Positions 17,044 through 27,609 of a DNA stretch of 52,574 nucleotides are shown here, piece after piece. Position 1 is the stretch's first letter. Each line of letters starts with the position of its first letter. Under the pieces are notes generated by a model. It saw only the letters and a program-made list of their open reading frames with translations. It was not told the DNA's origin and did no database searches. Made by a program: the position numbers and the translations under genes. This stretch comes from a virus, in UHGV virus genome UHGV-0212329. The stretch is one strand, 5' to 3'.

Positions 17044-18108
17044 ATGGGGGCAAAAAAACAAAGTACACAGTGGCGTTGTCATTCTTGTGGAATGCTGCTA
17101 ACGGAAGAAAATAGTCGTTATGAGGGCGTGCCTTTCTGTCTTGAGTGTGAAAGTAGGCAATATAGTGATTTTGAAGTAAATAATGGTTCTCATTTAGCGT
17201 TGTTTTTTACTTGTATGAAATTTGATGTTCCATTGTTGCCGTTGCTTGTTACGAACGAGTTTGAAAAACAAAAAAACAAGTGGATTGCGTACATTGAAAT
17301 TTTGAATAAAGCCAATAAGCTTTGGAAAGGTGATAAGCCTACAACGTTTAACGACGGCGAAACTAATCTATTTCGTATTTTTGGTAAAAACATGAGTGAA
17401 AAAGATTTTTCCACTTTTTGCAAGCTTGAGAAACAAAGATTAGAATCGATACAAGGCACACAAAGACAGCGTGAGGTGTGGGGCGAACGCCCGCTTTGGC
17501 AAGGATTGCCACTTACTACCGAGATTTACAATGAGTTGGATTCGGCTTACGAAAGAATGGCATCACGATATAAGGGCGTTGCTATCGATAACCTAATGGA
17601 AGACAATATTCGACGTGTTGTAAAATTACGTGTAGTGCAAGATTATGTGCAATCGATAGGTGATGCAGTCGGATTAGATAAAGTTCAAAAGTCTATAGAA
17701 AGTATATTGTCTTCGGAACAACTGCGAAAACGTGATGAAAAGCCAGTAGAGAAGTTACGAATTGACGATATGGTAGTTGCACTCGAAGCGGCAGGACTAA
17801 TGGAAAATGGGCAATTACTTACATACGACGAGTTAGTCGTTGCCTTGCGAGATAAATTTATTAAGTCAAAAAAATATGATTATTCTTTAGACGTAGCCGA
17901 CCAAGTAATTTTAGCTCAAATAAATGCAATGAAAGCAAATGCCGATGAACCGTCGCTTATGGGACTACCTGAAGAATTTACTACAGAAGATGTATACGGT
18001 GAATTTGAACCGAAAGAAACAGAGCAAGAACGTGAGAATAAACGATATATCGGAGTGACTAAAGTGCAAAAAATGCACGTTGGCATAAAACAGGGAGATG
18101 ATAAGTAG
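17044..18108 (+). CDS. Zn-finger protein in the terminase small-subunit position
   Basis: CHSCG...PFCLEC N-terminus; overlaps the terL start. Confidence 0.6.
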   Translation: MGAKKQSTQWRCHSCGMLLTEENSRYEGVPFCLECESRQYSDFEVNNGSHLALFFTCMKFDVPLLPLLVTNEFEKQKNKWIAYIEILNKANKLWKGDKPTTFNDGETNLFRIFGKNMSEKDFSTFCKLEKQRLESIQGTQRQREVWGERPLWQGLPLTTEIYNELDSAYERMASRYKGVAIDNLMEDNIRRVVKLRVVQDYVQSIGDAVGLDKVQKSIESILSSEQLRKRDEKPVEKLRIDDMVVALEAAGLMENGQLLTYDELVVALRDKFIKSKKYDYSLDVADQVILAQINAMKANADEPSLMGLPEEFTTEDVYGEFEPKETEQERENKRYIGVTKVQKMHVGIKQGDDK

Positions 18109-19961
18109 TGCCGGGGTACTATTCGGGACAAAATAAGAAATTCATTAAAAGCGAAGGTCGTTGGAAGACTGTAAGTAATGAGCAAGCTTTTGATTATGAT
18201 GCGGTAGATAAAAAATCATGGGGGTTGCTCGTTAGCTTTTTTAGATTTTATCCCGATTATTTTCTTGACTTATTAAGGGCAAATGACGCTCCATATAAGC
18301 TTGAATTACCACAAAGGACGATGTTGAGAATCCAAGCACGGTATCAAACCACGTACATTACGGGTGCAAGAGGCATTACTAAGACGTTTGTAGTAATGGC
18401 AGGTAAAAAGGTGGACGGCATATTATATCCGGGCGAACGTGTACGATATTATGCACCTTCGCAAAAGCAATCTGCTGTCCTTGCCTCGCAAGCATTTGCT
18501 TCCGTAGAACGATGTTATCCTTTACTTTCGTCGTGGTGGCGAAAAAACAATGACCGAGGAGATATGTTTAAAATATCTACTTCGCATGGCAGTGAATTTA
18601 CGATGTATGCGCCAAGAGGTGACAATTTTCACGCAGTAGTCGGAGAAGAAATGGCACAAGAAGGCGAGGACGGCTTTGACTTTGCGACTTTTGAAGAAGA
18701 TGTAAAGAAAGGGCATAGATTAACTCGTAACATAAACGGGGTAAAAGACAGAACACGAGTACAGTTAAAGCAAACGTTCATCTCAAATGCAAGTTCTCGG
18801 CAAAATAAGGCGTTTACAGTATATAGAGCAACAGCTTTAAAAGCTATGCTTTATGGCGAGAAATATGACGGTTATTGTGTGGACATGCCGTGGACGGTCG
18901 CATTATTATGCAATTTGCGAGATATAGCTTATTACAAAAAAGAGCGAGCGACTTCTACACAAGATGTATGGCTTCGAGAAATGGAAGTTAAATATGCCGG
19001 GACAGGCGAAAGTCCAATGCTAAGTGATGAAACCCTTGCCCGAAGTCGAAAACTTAAAGTAATGGAAGCTCGACATTGTGGCGATCCGAATGTGGTATAT
19101 GTAGTAGCGCATGACGTATCGTATGAAGAGGGACAAAAGAATGCACTGTGCGCTGACGTTGTATGGAAATGTATAAGATACGATATACCAGAAAAACGTG
19201 ACAAATTCTTAAAACAAGCAGTGTGGGTGGATTCATACAGACCGCCAAAGACAGAAGCTATACAAGCGCAAAAGCTTAAAGACTTATGGTTAAGGTTTTG
19301 TTTAGACGGTGGACAGCCTACATATATTGTTGTCGATGCTCGAGCGGTAGGTAAAACAGTTGTTCAAGAACTAATGAAACCGAATATAGACGGTACACCG
19401 TCCCTGTGTTGTTATAATCATATTGCTTATACCGACATAGAGCAGCCAAACGCATTACCGGTAATTTATCCCTTAAAAGCAAATAATCGAGGAACAGACG
19501 AAGAGGGGCAAATGATACTTTACTTACAACGTGAGTGGGAACAAGGCAATGTTGAAATTCTTATCAGCAATGTGATTGACGGTGTGGAATCTTATAAAAC
19601 GGCACACGGGATAAAAGATAATTACGGAGATGTAAAAATTGCACAACCTTACAAACAAACAAACGGGTGGGTAGAAGAAATGCAAAATTTACAAGCCGAT
19701 GCAAGCGGTGCAACGCTAAGGGAAAAGCGAAAATCAAAACATACGCAACGTGACCGTCATTCAGCAGGAAAATACGGGTTAAGATTCATATCTTTGCTTG
19801 AAGACAAACTTGTTAAAGAAGAATATCAAGCAAAATCATCATGGCAAAAAGTTATAGATGATTTTCAAAGCGGCGGTGTAAAAACTGGCACAAAATTACA
19901 GAGTAGTGTAGGTAGAACGCAGAATGTCAAATCATACTTATTGTCGCTTAGGCGAAGATAA
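18108..19961 (+). CDS. terL: Terminase large subunit
   Basis: GARGITKT (Walker A), VVGEE (Walker B), FISNAS, VAHDVS and IVVDAR nuclease motifs, terminal RDRHSA. Confidence 0.88.
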   Translation: MPGYYSGQNKKFIKSEGRWKTVSNEQAFDYDAVDKKSWGLLVSFFRFYPDYFLDLLRANDAPYKLELPQRTMLRIQARYQTTYITGARGITKTFVVMAGKKVDGILYPGERVRYYAPSQKQSAVLASQAFASVERCYPLLSSWWRKNNDRGDMFKISTSHGSEFTMYAPRGDNFHAVVGEEMAQEGEDGFDFATFEEDVKKGHRLTRNINGVKDRTRVQLKQTFISNASSRQNKAFTVYRATALKAMLYGEKYDGYCVDMPWTVALLCNLRDIAYYKKERATSTQDVWLREMEVKYAGTGESPMLSDETLARSRKLKVMEARHCGDPNVVYVVAHDVSYEEGQKNALCADVVWKCIRYDIPEKRDKFLKQAVWVDSYRPPKTEAIQAQKLKDLWLRFCLDGGQPTYIVVDARAVGKTVVQELMKPNIDGTPSLCCYNHIAYTDIEQPNALPVIYPLKANNRGTDEEGQMILYLQREWEQGNVEILISNVIDGVESYKTAHGIKDNYGDVKIAQPYKQTNGWVEEMQNLQADASGATLREKRKSKHTQRDRHSAGKYGLRFISLLEDKLVKEEYQAKSSWQKVIDDFQSGGVKTGTKLQSSVGRTQNVKSYLLSLRRR

Positions 19962-20301
19962 AAAGAGTAATAAAATATATCAGCTGTATTTGGGAAAAGA
20001 TGTAGAAATTCCGAATGAAGTTAAATATTTTTATTATAATATGCGAAGTGGACGGATATTAGCTTATCATAATATGCCAATAAATGGAATGAGTGTTGTT
20101 TCGAAAAAAGAAGAAAACAACCTCAGAAGTTATGAAAAGGTTTGGTTAGCGAATACTAAGCGGACAGTGGCGTTGAAAGAATTAAATTACATAAACTGTG
20201 ATACAATTTTGGTGGGAAAATTTATAGAAATATTCGAGAAAGAATTACAAAAAGAGGTAAAAGGGCATAATGGACAAAGAAACAACGGGGCAATTAAATA
20301 G
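19924..20301 (+). CDS. Hypothetical protein
   Basis: ORF fills the terL-portal gap. Confidence 0.5.
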   Translation: MSNHTYCRLGEDKKSNKIYQLYLGKDVEIPNEVKYFYYNMRSGRILAYHNMPINGMSVVSKKEENNLRSYEKVWLANTKRTVALKELNYINCDTILVGKFIEIFEKELQKEVKGHNGQRNNGAIK

Positions 20302-22012
20302 CGTAGAAAAGAATAGCGAACCAAATAGCTTATCCGAAATATATGTTAGGCTAAATGAAATAGCGGCTATCTATGCAAAGTCTTTGTCTATGGATAGGAT
20401 ATTCGGAGCGTTTAAGCGAGCTGGTAATGAATGGGCTAATGAGCCGAGCATTCAAAACGCAAGAGTAAAGGCAATTTCTACGCTCCCAGTTGATATGACA
20501 AAAAGCGATTTGGGTGAGTTTTTGCAAAACCCGTATGGGAGTGAAAAGCCGCTTAGACAGGTCGGGGAAGCTTTAAAATGGACAGCTTATCCGTTTTATA
20601 AGATTGTAAAGTCATATCAAGATATTTTATCTTATAAGTATTATTCTAAGCCACTTTATGTAGATGAAAGCGATATAAAGAATAAAGACTTTCGGCGTGA
20701 GCATATACTCATAGAAAAAATCAATAAGGCATTGCGACCTGAAATTCAATGCCATAAGATATTGGGCGAAACGCTAACACAAGGTAAAGTTTTTTATCAT
20801 ATACGCACCAAAATAGACAAATCTCACAATAAAGTGGATTATGTTTTTATGGAACAATTACCTACAGATTGGTGTACTATTATCGGTAGAAATAATATAT
20901 CCGGGTGGACAATATCGTTTAACCTAATGTATTTTTTGCAAGCGGGAACAGATGTTCGTCAATACGGGGATTTGTTTTTGCCATACCTTAATGATTTTGA
21001 TGATATGTTCCGAGCTAAGGGAACGCACAAAAAGAGCGTAGTATATGCGAGCAAAAATGGCAATCGGTACCCATTAGATTTTTACCCTCAAAATCTTAAA
21101 GCTAATGCAGTTGGCTCGCCGGAAGTATTTGTACAGAATGGACGTTGGTTCTATTATGTAACGTTGCCGGTAGAAAAAGTATGGACGTTTGAAATAGATG
21201 AAACGACACCGAATGTAGCAAGTCCGTTAAGCGGATTATTCATGACCTATGCGCAACAATCTGACTATGAGGCAGCCCAACTAAGTCTTTTGTTGAACCC
21301 ACTTATCAAAATTTTCACAGGCGAAATACCATACTTTAATGACGGGACAACAAAAGAGAACGCATACAAATTATCTGACGGTGGTAGATTACTATTCCAA
21401 GCATACTTTGATAATTTAATGGCGGCAAATAATACAAGCGGTACGGCATTTTTTACTGCTCCTGTGGAAAATATAAAGTCACACGACTTCCCGGAAAGTG
21501 CTAACGCAAATAAAATAGCAAGTAGTTTTAATGAGTATGCTACAGAGAAAAGCGGATTAGCGGCGATAATTCCTATGAGCGAGCCAAAGGCGGGACAAGC
21601 AAGTCTTTCTGCAAAACTTGAGGCAAGGTATGGCGAAACGGTATATCGTCAATTCGAAAGAATGATGAATGCCGTTTATGATAGCTTAAATTTGCATTAT
21701 GAGTGGGAATTTAAGTTTTTCGGCTCGATATATACAGACGATGAAACAAGGAAAAATGCAAATACTGCATTATCTAACGGCGATATTTCTGCATACTTCA
21801 TTTTAGCGGCATTAGACGGGGAAAGTATTTTAGATAAAATCATCATGTCTAAGGTAATAAAAGAGAATGGACTCATTGACTTACTTTCACCGCCTCCCAC
21901 ATCTTATACAGCTTCTAAATCTTTGGAAAATAGCGGCGGTAGACCAAAAAACGAAACTATTACAGAGGGCAATGAAAAGACTGAAGATAGCGGCGAGGAA
22001 AATAGTAAATGA
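20270..22012 (+). CDS. Portal protein
   Basis: 580 aa after terL; EQLPTDWCTI motif; C-terminal PPPTSYT...GGRPK tail typical of portals. Confidence 0.75.
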   Translation: MDKETTGQLNSVEKNSEPNSLSEIYVRLNEIAAIYAKSLSMDRIFGAFKRAGNEWANEPSIQNARVKAISTLPVDMTKSDLGEFLQNPYGSEKPLRQVGEALKWTAYPFYKIVKSYQDILSYKYYSKPLYVDESDIKNKDFRREHILIEKINKALRPEIQCHKILGETLTQGKVFYHIRTKIDKSHNKVDYVFMEQLPTDWCTIIGRNNISGWTISFNLMYFLQAGTDVRQYGDLFLPYLNDFDDMFRAKGTHKKSVVYASKNGNRYPLDFYPQNLKANAVGSPEVFVQNGRWFYYVTLPVEKVWTFEIDETTPNVASPLSGLFMTYAQQSDYEAAQLSLLLNPLIKIFTGEIPYFNDGTTKENAYKLSDGGRLLFQAYFDNLMAANNTSGTAFFTAPVENIKSHDFPESANANKIASSFNEYATEKSGLAAIIPMSEPKAGQASLSAKLEARYGETVYRQFERMMNAVYDSLNLHYEWEFKFFGSIYTDDETRKNANTALSNGDISAYFILAALDGESILDKIIMSKVIKENGLIDLLSPPPTSYTASKSLENSGGRPKNETITEGNEKTEDSGEENSK

Positions 22013-22182
22013 GCCATGAAAAAGAGTTAAGAATTAGTAACGAAGTATTATTAGCATTAAAAATAGCGATAAAACATGGAAATGACATAGAAATTCGCTA
22101 TAATGCGGCTAAAGATGAAATAAAAATTTATGAGATAAGTCGCAAGCTTTTAAGCAAAGAAAGCAGTATAAAAATAGTTTAA
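22009..22182 (+). CDS. Small hypothetical protein (57 aa, MSHEKELRIS...)
   Basis: ATGA overlap with the portal stop; GAGG RBS. Confidence 0.55.
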   Translation: MSHEKELRISNEVLLALKIAIKHGNDIEIRYNAAKDEIKIYEISRKLLSKESSIKIV

Positions 22183-22237
22183 ATTAAACTTTAAACAAAA
22201 AAATCTTTCTACGATAACGCAGAAAAAGGAGGAAGAT

Positions 22238-22948
22238 ATGAATGAAGAATTAACACCGATGAATGATATACGACAAATGATAGACGAACAAATTAAAGAG
22301 CAACAATGGCAACAAAATTCCGCTACAGAACAATTAGAAATGCCAAATATGCCTATTGGGCAAGAGGACTCGGCAACAGCTTCTAAATTACAAAGAGTAT
22401 GTGAAGAAAGTTCGTTTACAAAAGCGTTAGACAATGCAAAAGTTGATATAGCCAAAAAGGCTTATGTCGAAGATGAAAAGTATCGGAATCAGTTAATCGG
22501 AAAGGTCAAAGAGGCTTCCATTAAAAGTGTGGAAACTGAAAAAGAAAGACAGTCGCTTGAAAAACAGTATGTAAAATTTCATCAAGAGCGGCTCGAAACG
22601 CAACAAAAGCGTAACACGAACGAACAAGTTATTGATGCTTGGGAAAAGCGGCAAAAGGGCAGACAATATCATTATGACGGAGTAAAACCTATAATGGAAT
22701 TTGTCGGCATAAAAGAGCCGATGAACTTGATATTGCTTTATACCCTTACAATCATTCTTACGCCGCTTTATTTAGCCGCTAAGCTATGGAAAGGCACTGT
22801 TGGAGCAATTATATCGGGAGCAGACGACAGCGACCGCCCTAAGGCAGTGAGAGGCTTTCTGTGGACAATGATAGGCGCAGTAACATTAGGTGTTATTGCA
22901 CTGGGAACGTATCTTATACTGAGGTACTTTCATTTGTTTGGGTTATAA
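22238..22948 (+). CDS. Coiled-coil protein with two C-terminal TM helices
   Basis: AGGAGG RBS; two hydrophobic segments. Confidence 0.75.
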   Translation: MNEELTPMNDIRQMIDEQIKEQQWQQNSATEQLEMPNMPIGQEDSATASKLQRVCEESSFTKALDNAKVDIAKKAYVEDEKYRNQLIGKVKEASIKSVETEKERQSLEKQYVKFHQERLETQQKRNTNEQVIDAWEKRQKGRQYHYDGVKPIMEFVGIKEPMNLILLYTLTIILTPLYLAAKLWKGTVGAIISGADDSDRPKAVRGFLWTMIGAVTLGVIALGTYLILRYFHLFGL

Positions 22949-23026
22949 AGATAATATACTTGCGTAGAGGATAAAAGCATAGAACGGCAAGAAATGTTAT
23001 ATATAAAAAGATAAAGGAGAAAAGCT

Positions 23027-23338
23027 ATGGGTAAAAATACTTTGCTTACAGAAATCGCAAAAAGAGAAGATTTGATAATCGCACGAGATGCGCTTATTGA
23101 AGACAAAAAAGCGAAAGAAGAACAAAGAGACAAATTGCTTGCCGAAATAGCACAGCTCGATGAGAAAATCTCGAATACAGATGTAGAAACACTTAAAGCA
23201 GAGATAGACGAGCTTACAGGGTATGCAGTAACATTGGGTTTTATTGATGTTCCTGAAACGGCAGTAGCAGAACCGGCGGTTGAAACGACCGAAGGCGTAG
23301 GGTTTTCAGACGGTAGCATGCAGACAAACGTGTATTAA
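23027..23338 (+). CDS. Coiled-coil hypothetical protein
   Basis: AAGGAG RBS; heptad pattern. Confidence 0.75.
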   Translation: MGKNTLLTEIAKREDLIIARDALIEDKKAKEEQRDKLLAEIAQLDEKISNTDVETLKAEIDELTGYAVTLGFIDVPETAVAEPAVETTEGVGFSDGSMQTNVY

Positions 23339-23375
23339 ACCGACAAAGAAGAACTCGAAAAAAGGTATCGGTGGA

Positions 23376-24038
23376 GTGGGATTATTTGTCACCGGGACAT
23401 TATCCTGTTTCATTTCAGAAGCATTAGAAGCGATAATTGAGAATTGTATAGCAGAGGGATTATCGTTTTTAGTACTAAAAGCGTTGTCGGTAGTTTTCGC
23501 CATATCGATAACACAAGGAGCGAGAATAGGGATCTCGCTGATTGTGCGAAAAATGACATATAAGGACGGATTAGATAAAATGGAAAAATTAAAGAAATTT
23601 TTGCAATGGGTAAAATCGAACCCGAGATCTCTCCTTGCAACTTTTGTAGGCTGTCTTGGGGCTATCATAGGGATAGTGGCTGCTTGTGAGGTACAATCTC
23701 TCCCTGCAATAATGATAGGCGAATATAACGCTGCTCCACTTATTTACAGTGTCGGTTGCGTTATATGCCTGATATTCAATGTATTAGGCATTTCGGATAA
23801 GGGCTTTGAAACAGTAAAAGAATATACTGAAAGAATTGCTAAAGAGGCACAGGAAAAGACAGTTAAGTTGATTGAGAAAGAAGCAGAAAAACAAATAAAA
23901 GAGGAACAAAAGCAAGCGAGAATAGCGGAAGAGAACAAAAAACTTGATGATGAAAAAGCCGCAAAAGCAGCTGAGTTCCAAGCACAAGTTGAGCTTAAAA
24001 AGCAAGAGCTTCTTAATAGCTTAAATAAACAACAATAA
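23376..24038 (+). CDS. Multi-TM membrane protein with charged coiled-coil tail (holin-like candidate); alternative start at 23580
   Basis: Up to four hydrophobic helices, then an E/K-rich tail. Confidence 0.65.
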   Translation: MGLFVTGTLSCFISEALEAIIENCIAEGLSFLVLKALSVVFAISITQGARIGISLIVRKMTYKDGLDKMEKLKKFLQWVKSNPRSLLATFVGCLGAIIGIVAACEVQSLPAIMIGEYNAAPLIYSVGCVICLIFNVLGISDKGFETVKEYTERIAKEAQEKTVKLIEKEAEKQIKEEQKQARIAEENKKLDDEKAAKAAEFQAQVELKKQELLNSLNKQQ

Positions 24039-24165
24039 AATCATATTTAAAATATTGGCTATGTCAATTAGGACGTAGTAACGGTCAATGGGGACTATGG
24101 AATGCAGCAAGCGATATATCGAATCTGCAAACATAGTCCTTTTTCATTATCGTAGTGGAGGCATA

Positions 24166-25530
24166 ATGGGTGAAAAAATGGAATACGGCAGCAACGCTAT
24201 TTACAAATCGTTTTCGGGCGAATTGCGAATACTTGCTGAACGTGATAAGTGGCGACAAAAAGTAGAACTTTGGTTACTTAACGGAGAAAATAATCGAAAC
24301 AATTGGCGTTATGAAAATTTAGAGGAACACAAAGAGCTTTTTGCAGACACCCCAATTTTAGTGGCGTATGTCGGAGATAAAGTAGGTGACGGGCATAATT
24401 TTAGGGAAGTTTACAACCCCGACGGCACTGTAACAGCTTCATTCATGTCTTCGACCGCAGAAAGAATTGTCGGATATTTCAAAAATACGGACGATATTCG
24501 TATGGAAGAAAAAGACGGCAAAAAATGGATAGTAGGTGTTGGGTATTTATGGACTTGGTATGCACAAGAACTTGTTGAAAAACTCAAGAAACAGGGGCTT
24601 GAGGGAATGTCGGTAAGCATTGAAACGTTAGTGCTTGACGGACATCAAGAGGGAGCGATTGAGGTATACACAAAATATCAAATACTCGGTACAACTATAT
24701 TAGGTGATGATGTTGCCCCGGCAGTAGCTGAAGCTAACATAAGAGCCTTATCGGCGATGGGAATAAATGAGATAAAGAAGCAAACGCTTCGAGTAGCTTC
24801 ATTTAACCAAGAGCAAAAACAAAATCCGCAACAAACAAAAACAAAAAAGGAGAACAAAACAACAATGAAAATCAAGGACTTGAAAGGGTACTTTGAGGGC
24901 TTCAAGGTTTGTCAAGTGGACGGCGAAAAGGTTGCCTTGCTTTCTAATGAGAACGGCAACGCCTATGTTTCTACCGCAGTTGCAGACAACGGAAAAATTG
25001 TTGAAGGCGTAAAGACAGCCGTCAACGCTTCTGTTGTTTTTGGCGAGGGAGAAAACGAGATTAAAGTAGCACTTGACTCGATTGTAGATGAATACAATAC
25101 GGAAATTGCGAACTTGCAAGCACAACTCAAAGAATGCAAAGAAAGCAAAGAAGCAGTGGAAAAATCGCTTAAGACAATGCAAGATAATGAAATTGCTCGC
25201 AGAAAACAAGCGGTTATTAGTGCAATCAAAGCACGTTTCGCCGAGATTAAAGAACACAGCACTTGCGAATTTGCAGAAAACGAGTGTGATGATTTACTTA
25301 CAGACGAATGTATCGGTAAATATTCCGAAATGGAAGTTGACGGCAAGTTCGTTGGCGAGGAAAAAGCTCGTTGTGACGTGGATGCAAAATGTATGTCACG
25401 CATAATTGCGAGTGACAAAGTAAAGAAAAACAGCATGCGCACTTATGCGTGGGAAAACATAGGCTTGGCTTGTAACGACGAGCCTGTAGACGGTGTAAAA
25501 AAAGCCGTTAAAAATATTATAGAAGACTAA
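24166..25530 (+). CDS. Prohead protease-scaffold protein
   Basis: GGAGG RBS at ATG 24166; GHN, GYLW, GMSVSIE, GTTILG..VAPA protease-like motifs; coiled-coil C-terminal half. Confidence 0.75.
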   Translation: MGEKMEYGSNAIYKSFSGELRILAERDKWRQKVELWLLNGENNRNNWRYENLEEHKELFADTPILVAYVGDKVGDGHNFREVYNPDGTVTASFMSSTAERIVGYFKNTDDIRMEEKDGKKWIVGVGYLWTWYAQELVEKLKKQGLEGMSVSIETLVLDGHQEGAIEVYTKYQILGTTILGDDVAPAVAEANIRALSAMGINEIKKQTLRVASFNQEQKQNPQQTKTKKENKTTMKIKDLKGYFEGFKVCQVDGEKVALLSNENGNAYVSTAVADNGKIVEGVKTAVNASVVFGEGENEIKVALDSIVDEYNTEIANLQAQLKECKESKEAVEKSLKTMQDNEIARRKQAVISAIKARFAEIKEHSTCEFAENECDDLLTDECIGKYSEMEVDGKFVGEEKARCDVDAKCMSRIIASDKVKKNSMRTYAWENIGLACNDEPVDGVKKAVKNIIED

Positions 25531-25549
25531 AAAAGGAGAAACATTCATT

Positions 25550-26194
25550 ATGGGATTTATTGAAAATACTATGTTTGAAATTAAAGTATCGAACAGTGTA
25601 AATAACCAAACGCAGAATGTAGCAGGTAAATTCGGGACAGGCACAGGTTCGACATTCGCAGCCGCTGATTGTTCTGCCGGCTTGCTTTGCGTAACTAATG
25701 GACTTTTGCCGGTAGAAGGCTATGAAAGCTTCACCGAGCAGGGCGGCGCATATCGTTTTCTTAATGGAAACACTTACTATTTCAATGCAGCGACTAATGG
25801 CAATAGTGGTGGTAGATATGGCGACCATACAGGCATTTATGCTTGTAATACCTACGATGTACAAAAACTTGGTAGCGGCGATCAGATTTACAATCTTGGG
25901 GCAAAAACCTTAGGACTTGGAGTTCCCGCAGGCTATAGAAGCGACTTCACTGAAATTATAATTGGTGAGCAGTATACCTTTGGTAAAGGGAATTTTTCGA
26001 CTGCGCCGACAACCGGAAGCAAGTTTGCAACAATCGCCAACGGTTTGCTTGTAGCTGCAGCCAGTGCGCCTGCAGCAGGTAGTGGAGTTTATTTTGAAAT
26101 TATGAGAAGCTATAACGAAACCGAAGGTGCTTCTGATGCTGGTACTGTTTACGTACTTAAAGCATTGAGAACATTGGAAGCGGCTGCGGCTTAA
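25550..26194 (+). CDS. Capsid decoration/cement protein (putative)
   Basis: G/A/T-rich 214-aa protein between scaffold and capsid genes. Confidence 0.6.
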   Translation: MGFIENTMFEIKVSNSVNNQTQNVAGKFGTGTGSTFAAADCSAGLLCVTNGLLPVEGYESFTEQGGAYRFLNGNTYYFNAATNGNSGGRYGDHTGIYACNTYDVQKLGSGDQIYNLGAKTLGLGVPAGYRSDFTEIIIGEQYTFGKGNFSTAPTTGSKFATIANGLLVAAASAPAAGSGVYFEIMRSYNETEGASDAGTVYVLKALRTLEAAAA

Positions 26195-26215
26195 CAATAG
26201 GGAGGGAAAAAGAAT

Positions 26216-27490
26216 ATGAAGCTTAATTCTATACCGAGTTCAGTATTTCAGGCTGTAGATACTCGAGACAGCCAAATTAAAGTAAATAGCGGGGAGAAGA
26301 GTAGAACTCTCTCTCGTCAAAACATTATTGCCACAGGTCGCTTGGTTGCATGCGAAGCGATTGGTGCAAACCTTAACAGAAACGCACGAATAGTAGACAA
26401 GTACGAATCCAAGTTGAATGCTATGGGGACGGACTATGCTACTTTGGCTCGTGCGCACAAAGAAAAGAAGTTGCTCTTCTGTGCAGCACAAGCTTGTAAG
26501 CAGACCGGGGAAGATGCACCTGCGACTTTTGAAGAGTTCAAAGCTCGTCAGCTTTCGTTTGCACAAAATGACATTTTCCTTAAGACCATGGCTGCAATTG
26601 ACCGTGATGTGCTTCAGCCTATTTTTATGGACGTAATGTCTTCGGTCGGCATGGATTTGATGCGTTGGGAAGCTCTTTCTTTTGGTAGCACAAAAGAAAT
26701 TGAAATTCGTTCTAATAACGTATTTATGCTTGAAGACAGTGCATGGGGTTCGGGACGTTCGACTACGAAGAATTATCTTTACAAAAAGAGCATTACTCTT
26801 AACCCGACAATGCGTTCTTGCAACGTAACAATTAAGTGGTATCAGGACATTGTAAACGGCGATGCTGGCGAATATTATGCCGCTATCATGCGAAGCTATT
26901 ATAGCAAGATTTACGCTTTGCTTATTCAAGCTATGAATGAGGCAGTAGCGGGCGGCAAATATATCCCGGCAGGACTTACTTACCCGACTTATTCTACCGC
27001 AAACTGGCTCAAAGCTACCGACAAATTAGCGGCTGTGAATGGTGTTGACGTAAGTGACCTTATAGGTATAGGTACTCGTTCAGCTCTTTCGAATCTTTTG
27101 CCTGTAGACGGTAATGGCGGCGCATTAACTGGCTTGCAATATGGCTTGGGTGAACAATGGTTTACGAACGGTTATTTGCCTAAGGCAGGGCAAGTGGATT
27201 TGTTCCCTGTTACTCCTGCTATTGTTCCCGGAACACAAAATAGCACAATCGATACTATAGATACCGGCAATAACATTTACATACTTGCTAAGGCAGGACG
27301 TGGATATGCTCCGCTTATCGGTGGATATTACGAAGGTACGCCGATTACACTTACTGCAACGCCCGGAGGCACAGGCAATGCGTACGGCACCGCTGATTTC
27401 ACTATTGACATCAACTTTGGTGCAACTATTGATGTTAAGCCCGTATTTGCAAGTAAGGTTGCAGTCGTGACTTCCGTATACGGCTCTTAA
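26216..27490 (+). CDS. Major capsid protein (putative)
   Basis: 424 aa in the canonical position; strong GGAGG RBS; followed by a stable hairpin. Confidence 0.75.
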   Translation: MKLNSIPSSVFQAVDTRDSQIKVNSGEKSRTLSRQNIIATGRLVACEAIGANLNRNARIVDKYESKLNAMGTDYATLARAHKEKKLLFCAAQACKQTGEDAPATFEEFKARQLSFAQNDIFLKTMAAIDRDVLQPIFMDVMSSVGMDLMRWEALSFGSTKEIEIRSNNVFMLEDSAWGSGRSTTKNYLYKKSITLNPTMRSCNVTIKWYQDIVNGDAGEYYAAIMRSYYSKIYALLIQAMNEAVAGGKYIPAGLTYPTYSTANWLKATDKLAAVNGVDVSDLIGIGTRSALSNLLPVDGNGGALTGLQYGLGEQWFTNGYLPKAGQVDLFPVTPAIVPGTQNSTIDTIDTGNNIYILAKAGRGYAPLIGGYYEGTPITLTATPGGTGNAYGTADFTIDINFGATIDVKPVFASKVAVVTSVYGS

Positions 27491-27503
27491 TTAAATTTAA
27501 AAA

Positions 27504-27529
27504 GGTAGGTAGGGACAACCTTACCTACC
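27504..27529 (+). terminator. Hairpin after the capsid gene
   Basis: GGTAGGTAGGG-ACAA-CCTTACCTACC; weak U-tract. Confidence 0.5.
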
Positions 27530-27609
27530 ATATATGGGAGAAATAGAATTATTAGGTGCAAATCCTAAATCTCCCGTCGTAAAAATAATTTCCCAAGGAG
27601 AATAAAAAA

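Noticed and set aside
26240..26929. Long antisense ORF opposite the capsid gene, and similar shadow ORFs
   Set aside because: Explained by codon bias of the sense gene; no RBS or recognisable motifs.
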